Part shown: positions 28,047 through 37,700 of the stretch, piece after piece
How the letters are laid out: every line of letters starts with the position of its first letter
Position numbering within the stretch: position 1 is the first letter of the stretch
DNA from: Crocinitomicaceae bacterium
GTDB lineage: Bacteria > Bacteroidota > Bacteroidia > Flavobacteriales_D > Crocinitomicaceae
Length of the DNA: 57,212 nucleotides
Direction: 5' to 3'
Assembly: GCA_041303175.1 (NCBI GenBank)
Contig: JBFYPU010000024.1
Location: forward strand, 1-57,212
The notes under the pieces: generated by a model
Databases searched by the model: none
What the model was told of the DNA's origin: nothing
The model's input: only the letters and a program-made list of their open reading frames with translations
Translations under genes and position numbers: made by a program

Positions 28047-31000
28047 ATGAAGGATTCAAAAATAGGACGTTTATTAACCAGTGATACGGAATTAAAAGTC
28101 TATTACGAAAACGAAAATAATTTAGTACGACTGGTTCGTTTACAATTTGTTGCGACCTTCTTGATTGCGCCCATTTTCAGCATTTGTGTGTATTCATTGG
28201 ATATTCCAAAAGTCTACTTCAATTTGGGGATTTCGTATAGTGTCCTAATGCTCATCTATATAAGCATCTGTTGGCTGATCCCTTATTTTAAGAACAGATT
28301 GATCCATTTTTTTATTGGACATTTATTCGTCATGACGCTTGTTGCGTACATAAGTCTTCTTGACAATGGAATTCCTTTGGTTGAATTCACCTGTTTTTTT
28401 GCGTTGTATAGCGCTACCATTTTCGTGATTCAACGCTGGTATCCTTCTGTAATCTACAATTCGTTTGTTTTGGTGTTGTTGATATTCGGATTTCAAGAAG
28501 TGGAGAATCCAGGAATTGATAAAACCTTAGCCTTTGCATTGTTTTCAGTCGTAGCAATGAGCTCCGCTTTGGTGTTGTATTCCCGCGAGAAAATGATCAA
28601 TGGAATTGAGGATTACTCAGAATATCTCAAGAACATCATCAATAATCCTGGTTCAGGTTATCTACTTTTTGATTTTGAAAAACACCTCCCGAAAATATTG
28701 GACTACAATGATCAAGCCTTGAGGGATCTTCATTTAAAAGTGAATTCATCCAAAGGAATTGGTTACAACTTTTTCTCTCACTTTTCCATGTATGATTTGG
28801 ATGAAATAGAGAGGTTGAAGTTCGGTTCCAAATACGTAAAAACCATAAAAACAAAACACATAGAGCCTCAAACACTTGAGATTCATATCATTTTACAACA
28901 GCTCAAAAATGGGGCGTATTGGTTGGCAAAAATCAATAACGTTACTGAAGATATACGTAAACGTCAAGAACTTGAACAGAATGAAAAGAAATATAGAAAC
29001 CTATATTATAGGAACAAAGCAGGCGTGTTTACCGTCAATCGACAGTCTGAAATAATTGATGGTAATAGTTCCTTTTTTGCGATGTTCGAAGATTCAATAG
29101 CGATTGGTCAAAAATTATTTCCTGTTGATCGATTTAAAGATTGGCAATTTGTGTTGGATTCATTTGGGAAAAATGAAAATTTACAGAATTATCAAACCCA
29201 ATTTATTCTTCCAAATCACAATCAAAAAACATTCATTTTTAGTTGGTATTTGGATGTGCAAACCGATCTAATTGAGGCATCGGTAATTGATCTAACCAGT
29301 ATTCAAAAAGCGTCCCAAGCACTCAAACAAAATGAGCAAAAATATCGATCCATATTTGAGGAATCGAATGATTCAATTTTACTCTTGGATGGAGATCAAA
29401 TTGTGGATGTAAATAGACGTGGAATTCAACTTTTTGGAAAATCGGAGCACGAACTCCTACAATCAAAATTGTTTGATTTAAGTTGGGATCCTACGCCAGA
29501 AAACGAGTTGATTTACAACGACCTGCGTAGACGACTTTCAAATATGCGAAGCATCAAATTTGATTGGTTGTTCAAAGGAACGAAGCGAATGATTGAAGGT
29601 GAGGTTTCTATAATTGGTTTGAATTTAGAGGATAAATTCTATTATCAGTGTGTGATTCATGATCAAACAGATCGGAATAGAAATATGCGTTCACTTGAGC
29701 AAAACAGAAAAAATTTAGAGAACATCTTAGAGAATAATCCTGAAGGCATATTAATCGTTCACAGGAACGAAATATTGTATAAAAACTCGGAGATTGATGT
29801 GATTTTTAAAGAACCATTTTCAATTCAACAAATTTTTAAACCAAAGGATCAAGTGCGCTTCAATGCCTGTTTTGAAGCACACAAAGCAGAAAACACCATT
29901 CAAAATATTCAGCTGGAATTGGATGGAAAGCGAAATGAATACAAACAGGTGGATGTCACGTTGGTATCAACCAATTATGAAGAAAAAAACTCAACGCTAA
30001 TAATTATTAAAGATATTTCCGTTCAATCTGTTCTTGCAAAACAAAAATTGCGTGCCGAATTAGCGGAGGAAACCAATAAAAAATTAGAGAATGAAATTGC
30101 GGTACGTATCAAAGCAGAACGATTGGTTCAAGAAGAATTTTTACGAACCAAAGCGATTTTTGAAAGCTCATCCAACACCTTTTTACTCACTGTACTATTG
30201 GATGCACGCATTTCTTCGTTCAACTCACATTTCGAAAATTATTTTAAACCATTTTTTAAACGAAAAGTTAGAATTGGCATGAATTTCAACGATCTTTTTG
30301 AAAGAATATTTTCATCCATTCAACTGCGCTATTTTAATATATTGTTTCATCAAATTAAAAACGGTAAATCGCATCAATTTGAAGTAGGTTTCGAACACCC
30401 TAGGGAAGATGTTTGGTTAGCAGTTTTCATGAATCCCATTTTTGATACCCAAGGAAATGTGGCCGAAATTTCAATTGTGGCGCACGACATTAGCGAAAAG
30501 AAAAAAATCACCAATGAAATTACGGAGTCATTGAAGGAAAAAGAGGTAATGCTAAAAGAAATTCACCATAGAGTGAAGAACAACTTGCAAATTATCTCCA
30601 GTATTCTCAATCTTCAATCGTCCTTTGTCACGGATAAAAACACCCTTGAAATCCTTCAGGATAGTAGAAATAGAATTAGATCCATGGCGATCATTCACGA
30701 GAACCTCTATCGAACAGAAGATTTTTCAAGCATCAATTTTGCCGATTACCTGATCAACTTGGTTACTAATCTGATTGCATCCTACCGAATCAATGATGAT
30801 ATTCAGCTTGAATGCGATGTGGACCAAATTAATCTGGTGCTTGATCAAGCGATTCCGTGCGGACTTTTGGTAAATGAGTTGATCACAAATTCATTGAAAT
30901 ATGCGTGGCCCAATCAACAACTCGGCATCATTAAATTAGGATTGAAAGAAAGAAAAGGGGTGGTTATCTTAACGATAGGTGACAACGGAATAGGTTTACC

Positions 31001-31160
31001 CGTTGCGTTTGAAGAGTTGAATTCCGACACACTGGGATTACAATTGGTTGTTACTCTAGTCGAACAACTTGATGGTAAACTCGACGTAAACAGTGCAAAT
31101 GGAACGGAATATTTAGTTAAATTTGAGAATATAAAAAACCGGTCGAATGGCAAAGATTAA
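28047..31160 (+). CDS. Membrane-bound multi-PAS sensor histidine kinase (HisKA_2-type phosphoacceptor plus HATPase_c)
   Basis: 1037 aa. N-terminal polytopic region (about 6 helices), several PAS-like modules separated by coiled linkers, H-box EIHHRVKNNLQIISSILNLQ, and an ATPase domain (NELITNSLKYAW, DNGIGLP, GLQLV). Confidence 0.85.
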   Translation: MKDSKIGRLLTSDTELKVYYENENNLVRLVRLQFVATFLIAPIFSICVYSLDIPKVYFNLGISYSVLMLIYISICWLIPYFKNRLIHFFIGHLFVMTLVAYISLLDNGIPLVEFTCFFALYSATIFVIQRWYPSVIYNSFVLVLLIFGFQEVENPGIDKTLAFALFSVVAMSSALVLYSREKMINGIEDYSEYLKNIINNPGSGYLLFDFEKHLPKILDYNDQALRDLHLKVNSSKGIGYNFFSHFSMYDLDEIERLKFGSKYVKTIKTKHIEPQTLEIHIILQQLKNGAYWLAKINNVTEDIRKRQELEQNEKKYRNLYYRNKAGVFTVNRQSEIIDGNSSFFAMFEDSIAIGQKLFPVDRFKDWQFVLDSFGKNENLQNYQTQFILPNHNQKTFIFSWYLDVQTDLIEASVIDLTSIQKASQALKQNEQKYRSIFEESNDSILLLDGDQIVDVNRRGIQLFGKSEHELLQSKLFDLSWDPTPENELIYNDLRRRLSNMRSIKFDWLFKGTKRMIEGEVSIIGLNLEDKFYYQCVIHDQTDRNRNMRSLEQNRKNLENILENNPEGILIVHRNEILYKNSEIDVIFKEPFSIQQIFKPKDQVRFNACFEAHKAENTIQNIQLELDGKRNEYKQVDVTLVSTNYEEKNSTLIIIKDISVQSVLAKQKLRAELAEETNKKLENEIAVRIKAERLVQEEFLRTKAIFESSSNTFLLTVLLDARISSFNSHFENYFKPFFKRKVRIGMNFNDLFERIFSSIQLRYFNILFHQIKNGKSHQFEVGFEHPREDVWLAVFMNPIFDTQGNVAEISIVAHDISEKKKITNEITESLKEKEVMLKEIHHRVKNNLQIISSILNLQSSFVTDKNTLEILQDSRNRIRSMAIIHENLYRTEDFSSINFADYLINLVTNLIASYRINDDIQLECDVDQINLVLDQAIPCGLLVNELITNSLKYAWPNQQLGIIKLGLKERKGVVILTIGDNGIGLPVAFEELNSDTLGLQLVVTLVEQLDGKLDVNSANGTEYLVKFENIKNRSNGKD

Positions 31161-31905
31161 CGTATTAGTAGTAGAAGATGAATCAATCGTTTCTAAAGAC
31201 ATTCAACACAGTTTAAAGAAACTTGGGTACAACGTTGTTGGTTCATCCGCAACAGCCGAAAAAGCAATCGAATTGGCGATTAGCGAAAGACCGGATATTA
31301 TTTTGATGGATATTATGCTCAAGGGTGATATGAGCGGAATCGAAGCAGCTGATGAAATTCGGAAAACGTGCGCCATCCCTATTATTTTTCTCACAGCGTA
31401 TGCCGACGAATCTACACTGTCTAAAGCGAAAGTCACAGAACCGTTTGGCTATATTTTAAAGCCCTTCAAAGAAATTGATTTACACACAACCATTGAAATG
31501 GCGATCTATAAACATAGTCGCGAGCAGGAAATTGTGAAACAACGGGATTTGCTTTTTTCGCTTGTTGAAAACAAAGATAGTGCACAGAAGGGCTACATCT
31601 TTGTGAAATCAAATAGCAAGCTGATCAAATTGAAGAGTGAAGATGTTTATTATATCGAAGCATTGAAAGATTACGTTGTAATTCACACCTTAGACATGCG
31701 CTACACGATCCACTCTACCATGAAAGAGATTGACACGAAAATGGGTCAAGAAGCTTTTGTGCGCATCCATAGATCGTTTATTGTTCAACTCGCTAAAATC
31801 GCAACCATTGAATACCCAAACCTCACCTTGGAGAACATCGATAAATCGTTCCCAATAGGCGGATCGTACCGCGATGATTTGAACAACCGGATTAATTTAA
31901 TTTAA
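31147..31905 (+). CDS. LytTR-family response regulator (REC plus LytTR DNA-binding domain)
   Basis: 252 aa. Receiver (INVLVVEDE, DIILMDIMLKG, FLTAY) and LytTR domain (IFVKSNSKLIKLKSEDVYYIEALKDYV, FVRIHRSFIV). It overlaps the kinase gene by 14 nt. Confidence 0.9.
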   Translation: MAKINVLVVEDESIVSKDIQHSLKKLGYNVVGSSATAEKAIELAISERPDIILMDIMLKGDMSGIEAADEIRKTCAIPIIFLTAYADESTLSKAKVTEPFGYILKPFKEIDLHTTIEMAIYKHSREQEIVKQRDLLFSLVENKDSAQKGYIFVKSNSKLIKLKSEDVYYIEALKDYVVIHTLDMRYTIHSTMKEIDTKMGQEAFVRIHRSFIVQLAKIATIEYPNLTLENIDKSFPIGGSYRDDLNNRINLI

Positions 31906-31911
31906 GCGCGG

Positions 31912-34041
31912 TCATCCTTGTACTAGCTCTAAGTCGATGCGGCGCTTTTTCGTAGAAACTTCGTAAATCCTTACGCGAACGGGATCTCCAAAGTTGTATG
32001 TTTTTCCTGTTTTTACTCCAACGATCATGTACTGATCCGCGTCAAAACTGAAACGATCTCCCGGTAAATCTTGCATAGGAATCATACCTTCGCATTGGTT
32101 TTCGTCCATTTTCACAAACATTCCAAATTCGGCAACACCCGAAACAACGCCATCAAATTCTTGTCCGATTTTATCGGAAACAAACAAGGTTTGGAAGTAC
32201 TTCGTGCTCTCACGTTCGGCCTCAACAGCCTTGCGTTCCATGCGCGAAATCCGTTTGCAAATATCGTCCAGATCCGTTCCGTATCTATGCTTATTGCTCG
32301 TCAACGTCTCTTGTAAAATTCGGTGTACAATCAAATCTGCATACCGACGAATAGGGGAGGTGAAGTGCGTATAAAAATCGAAGCACAAACCATAGTGACC
32401 AATGTTTTTTGTTTCATAAGAAGCGCGTGCCATCGAACGAATCGCCATGGATTGAATCAAGGAATATTCGTTTTTGTAGCGAATATCATCCAATAATCCA
32501 TTGATGTTTGTGGAAATTTTCTCCGGGTTTTTCGTGTCGATCTCGTACCCAAATTTTTGAACAAACATATTGAAGAGTTCAATTTTTGCAGGGTCTGGTT
32601 TATCGTGGCAGCGATAAACGAATGGGATTTTTTCTTCGCCTTTTTTGTGTTTTGAAACAAATGTCGCCACCAAACGATTTGCCAATAGCATGAACTCCTC
32701 AATCAATTTATGAGCGTCTTTTGAACGCTTGATCATCAGCGATTCTGGGAAACCATTTTCATCTAAACGGAAACGAACTTCTTCCGATTCAATGTTCATT
32801 GCACCAGCATCCAATCGCTTTTTTCGCAAAATTTTAGCGATTTTATCTAAAATAAGCAATTCTTCCTTAAAATCACCCTCGCTACCTTCAATGATTTCTT
32901 GTGCTTGTTCATAGCTAAATCGTCGATCGGAATGAATTACTGTTTGTCCAAACCACTGTTGGTGCACCTTACCTGATTCATCTATTTCAACGACAGTAGA
33001 GAAGGTGAATTTATCTTCATGTGGGCGCAAAGAACACGCGAGATTGGATAACTGTTCGGGCAACATGGGGACAACCCGATCTACAAGATAGACCGAATTG
33101 GAACGCTTCAAAGCCTCTTCATCCATCGCTGATCCGGGTCGCACGTAATGAGAAACATCCGCAATGTGAATGCCCACTTCAATGTTGCCATTTGCCAATC
33201 GTTGAAAGGAAAGGGCATCATCAAAATCTTTTGCATCATCAGGATCGATGGTGAAGGTCGTTATATTTCTAAAATCGCGCCGATTGGCGACTTCTGTTTG
33301 ATCGAGTTCAATACCCACAACTTCCGCCTCGGAAAGGACGGCATCGGAAAATTTAAAATCCAATCCTTGATTGACCAAAATACTGATCATTTCGTTGTCG
33401 TTTGCCGAGTTGTTCCCCAACAATTCAACAACTTCTCCATAAGGATTGTCGGCGGATTTTGGCCATTTCGTGATCTTCACCAATGCCTTTTCTCCGTCCT
33501 TTGCGTTGTATAGTTTCTCTTTTGGTATGTAAATATCTGTGCCAACCCGTGAATTATCAGGGATCAAAAAAGCGTAATCTTTTGTGAGACGAATCGTCCC
33601 CACAAATTGGGTGCGTTCCCGTTCTAACACTTCTACAATTCTCCCCTCGTTGCGCGATTTCCCTTGCTTGGTGATTTGAACCTTAACGCGGTCACCATCA
33701 AGCCCTTGTTGTGTTTCTGAGGGTGGAATATAAATATCCGTGCTTGTATCATCCGTGATCACGAATCCAGCTCCACGTTGTGTCATTTCCAAAACACCTG
33801 TCACAAAATTTGTTTGCCCACTTAATGTATAACTTCCATGACTTATGGACGAAATAAACTTCTCTTTCTTCAAATCTTCTAAGATTGTGAACACTAATTT
33901 TCGGAGGGCTTTTTCGCGTACATCAATCAATCCGCAGATTTGGCGATGGTTGAACGTTGATTCAGGATGTTCTGTAAATACCTTTCGGATAATGTGCGAA
34001 AGGCTTCGATTCAGCTTAACATTCGGCTTATTTCTTGGCAT
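31912..34041 (-). CDS. rnr: Ribonuclease R
   Basis: I moved the start to MPRNKPNVKL (ATG 34041). RNB catalytic motifs (FTIDPDDAKDFDDALS, HIADVSHYV, YTHFTSPIRRYADLIVHR) and a C-terminal S1 domain. Confidence 0.9.
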   Translation of the reverse strand: MPRNKPNVKLNRSLSHIIRKVFTEHPESTFNHRQICGLIDVREKALRKLVFTILEDLKKEKFISSISHGSYTLSGQTNFVTGVLEMTQRGAGFVITDDTSTDIYIPPSETQQGLDGDRVKVQITKQGKSRNEGRIVEVLERERTQFVGTIRLTKDYAFLIPDNSRVGTDIYIPKEKLYNAKDGEKALVKITKWPKSADNPYGEVVELLGNNSANDNEMISILVNQGLDFKFSDAVLSEAEVVGIELDQTEVANRRDFRNITTFTIDPDDAKDFDDALSFQRLANGNIEVGIHIADVSHYVRPGSAMDEEALKRSNSVYLVDRVVPMLPEQLSNLACSLRPHEDKFTFSTVVEIDESGKVHQQWFGQTVIHSDRRFSYEQAQEIIEGSEGDFKEELLILDKIAKILRKKRLDAGAMNIESEEVRFRLDENGFPESLMIKRSKDAHKLIEEFMLLANRLVATFVSKHKKGEEKIPFVYRCHDKPDPAKIELFNMFVQKFGYEIDTKNPEKISTNINGLLDDIRYKNEYSLIQSMAIRSMARASYETKNIGHYGLCFDFYTHFTSPIRRYADLIVHRILQETLTSNKHRYGTDLDDICKRISRMERKAVEAERESTKYFQTLFVSDKIGQEFDGVVSGVAEFGMFVKMDENQCEGMIPMQDLPGDRFSFDADQYMIVGVKTGKTYNFGDPVRVRIYEVSTKKRRIDLELVQG

Positions 34042-34112
34042 ATACCACGAAAGTACGGTTAATTTAGAATAAATATCGAATAGAAAGGGCAAAACAATTC
34101 CACGCTTTATGG

Positions 34113-34120
34113 TAACTTTG
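34113..34120 (+). promoter_or_regulatory. Candidate -7 promoter box (TAnnTTTG) for the ferritin gene
   Basis: TAACTTTG lies 16 nt upstream of ATG 34137. Confidence 0.3.
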
Positions 34121-34136
34121 TTGTAAAATCACCGAC

Positions 34137-34661
34137 ATGAAAGAAAGAGTTGAACAAGCATTGAATAATCAGATCAAGAAAGAAGGACAGTCTTCACAGT
34201 TTTATTTGGCAATGGCATCTTGGGCTGAATCAAAAGGGTTGAGCGGAACATCAGGGTTTTTATATAAACAATCTGAAGAAGAGCGATTTCACATGTTGAA
34301 ATTGGTGAAATTTGTAAATGAACGCGGTGGAAGAGCAATTATTCCAGGATTTGAAACACCACCAACGGAGTTTGAGTCCGTAGGAAATGTTTTTCAATTG
34401 CTCTTGAAACACGAAATTGATATCACAGAAAGCATCAACGATTTGGTGGAAGTGTGCCTAAACGAAAAAGATTACACAACGCATAATTTTATCCAATGGT
34501 ACTTGTCTGAGCAACTCGAAGAAGAGGCACAAGCGCGCACCATTCTTGATAAGGTGAAACTTATTGGAGAGGACAAGGCAGGACTTTACCTTTTTGATCG
34601 CGACCTAGAAAACTCAACATTTACGGTCACTCCCGCAAATACAGTTAATCAAGGAGCTTAA
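34137..34661 (+). CDS. ftnA: Non-heme ferritin
   Basis: 174 aa. Ferroxidase-centre context QFYLAMASWAE and EERFHMLKLVKFVNERGG, plus NFIQWYLSEQLEEE. Confidence 0.9.
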   Translation: MKERVEQALNNQIKKEGQSSQFYLAMASWAESKGLSGTSGFLYKQSEEERFHMLKLVKFVNERGGRAIIPGFETPPTEFESVGNVFQLLLKHEIDITESINDLVEVCLNEKDYTTHNFIQWYLSEQLEEEAQARTILDKVKLIGEDKAGLYLFDRDLENSTFTVTPANTVNQGA

Positions 34662-34700
34662 AGTTCCTCGAATAATGGTATTTTAACCTTCGAAATCGAA

Positions 34701-37700
34701 ATGAAAAAATACCTTGCTTACATACTTATTAGCGGCGTAACCTATTTTGCAGGTGCCCAAAAGGAGTTTCGTTTCCGAAACTTCAGCATCAACGACGGTT
34801 TATCCCAAAGCTCCGTTACGGCATTGGTTCAAGATGAGAATAACGCGCTGTGGGTGGGAACGCAAGATGGATTGAACCGTTTTGACGGAAAAAATTTCGA
34901 AGTATTCACCGCCGATCAAACTCCCGGGCTCGAAAGCGCGTATATCAAATGTGCGCTGAAAGATCAAACAGGAAACATTTGGTTTGGAACCAATAATGGA
35001 CTTTCAACCTATGACGCGCTGCGAGAAACGTTTCACACGTATTTTCCAAAATCAGGAGAAGCCATTCAAATTGAAAGTGTGGCGCTTGGCAAAAACAACC
35101 AACTTTGGGTTGCTAGTGCGGAAAACGGACTCTTTCGGTTTGATACGAAAACGCATACATTCACAAGTCTAAAGCATCTGATTCCTTCTAGAAAAACAAC
35201 GCATGTCGTGGTTACAGAAGGCGGATTAGTAGTGGTGGCAACAGCTGATAATTGGATTTATTTTTACAACCCATCCACCAATAAAATTACGAAAATAGGG
35301 GATGATCAACGCAGTGCATTGCCTGTGATCAACCGTATGATTATTCACGGGAAAAATGAATTAATCCTCTGCACAGGTGAAGGCGTTTTGAGTCTTGACC
35401 TTATTAGCAAACGGACATCTCAAAAATTCGCTTTTTGGAAAAGCCAAATCGGTGAAGTAGCTGCTACTGATCTCTATCACTATCAAGATTTTGGATGGGT
35501 TATTTGCACCAAAAGTCAAGGGATTTATGTGATTTATGAGAACGAGGAAGTTCACCAAAGTACCGAGGATATTTTTCAAAAAACGGCCCTTCTTAATAAT
35601 GCGACGAATTTAATTTATCGGGATAATTCAGGGTTTTTATGGATTGCTTCACAACGTGGATTATCCGTTTTTGACCCTGCGAACAATGGAATTTTGGGTG
35701 TTGGTCCGAGTGGAAATGAGGACAGTGGAATTCCAACACCTAGCGTATGGAGCTTTGCAGAAAGTGCTTCAGGTCAATATATTTATATTGGTACCGATAA
35801 TGGAATTTCCCGTTACGATGCAAAAACCGGAAAATTTAAACAATACTACCGAAACAGAAGTGAAACAGAATTATCCAACGAAATTTCGGTGCTCAGCATA
35901 GAGCCGATTCGCGATAATTTTTTCCTCGTGGCTTGCACAGATGGAATTTTTGAACTCAACATTTCGGACGAAGGATATAGCTATACAAAAATTAAGTATC
36001 TCTCGGATGAGGTTGCGTTGCAGCATGAAAGATCCTACTCAATCGAACACTGGAAAGGATCCATCTACCTCATTGCTACCAAAGGTGGCGCCATTTCTTA
36101 TGACGTCAACACAAAAAAGATGAAGGTCTTTCAGCACGAAGCAAAAAACGTAAAAGGAACGATATCAAAAGGAATTTGTCGCTTGGTTTACAAAGATCAA
36201 ACGGGAAAAATTTGGTTTGCAACTAGCACTGGAGGTCTCAATGTTTGTACCGAAAAAAACGGGGAACTTATCATTCGTCCTTATGAATTTAACTCCTATA
36301 TTCAAAATGTGTCCAGCGATTACATCACCTCTATTTACCGCACAAAAAATGGTGAATATTGGATGGGAACCCTAGGGGCTGGATTGTTGAAATGGAACGA
36401 AGCAAAACGGAAAATTACCGTCTACGATAAAAAGGACGGCTTACCAAACGACGTTATTTATGGGATCCTTCGCGACGAAAAAGGGCATTTTTGGCTGAGC
36501 ACTAACAAAGGATTGTGTCAATTTGATCCTGTGAAAAAACGTGCTCGAAATTTCACAGAAATCAATGGATTGATGAGCAATGAATTCAATATCGGAGCTT
36601 ACTTGCTTTCATCGAAAGGGAAAATGTTTTTTGGTGGAATTTATGGATACAACTTCTTCAATCCTTCGGAACTTTCAAAGCCCAAAAATGCAATTAGTGT
36701 TGTTTTTACGAAATTTAAACTCGAAAACGAATGGTTAAAACCAGGTCCAAATAGTATCCTCACCAAGCCCATTTCGTTTATGAAAGAAATCAATCTTTCT
36801 TATCAAAAACGAAGTTTCACCTTACGATTTCAATCCTCAGACTTGAGTCATCCAGAGTTGATCAACTACAAGTACATTTTGGAAGGGTCGGATGAACGCG
36901 AAATTTTTATTGGTACGGATAACGAAATACACTTTAATGCACTTGCACCAGGAAGCTATGTATTGAAAGTATATGCTCGGCTTGGAGACGGACCATGGAG
37001 TGAATACCCCGCCACATTGATCATCAATGTGAAAGCGCCGTTTTGGCAAACATTGTGGTTTTGGATTGCGTTCGCGGTCGTTGCGGCAATTCTTATCCGT
37101 TGGTTTGTGCGTCGAAGAATGGACTCTTCGCGAAGGGAGCAAGTGCGACTTGAAATGAAAATTCGGGATCGAACACGCGAAATTCAGCAGCAAAACGAGA
37201 AAATCGAGTTCCAACGGAAAAAAATTGAGGAGGAGAAAAACAAGGTTGTACGTCAGCAGAAACTGCTTCAAATTGAGAAGGACAAAACCGAAAAATTGCT
37301 CCGAAATGTGATTCCCGCATCCACTGCTGAAGAACTTAAAAAACGTGGGAAAGCACGCGCACGCGCCTATACGAAAGTATCGGTCTTGTTTACAGACTTT
37401 GTTGGTTTCACGAAGATTTCGGACCGAATGAACCCAACGGAATTGGTCAAAAAACTCGATGTCTACTTCACTAAATTTGATGAAATCATTGTAAGTAACA
37501 ACCTCGAAAAAATCAAAACCATTGGGGATGCATATATGTGTGCGGGTGGTGTACCTGTGCGTAACAACACAAATCCAATTGACACTTGCTTGGCGGCACT
37601 TGAGATTCAAGCCTATATGGAAAAGCGGAAACATGACGCCATTGCAAATGATCGAGAATACTGGGAATTGCGCCTTGGAATAAACACAGGTGAAGTTACT

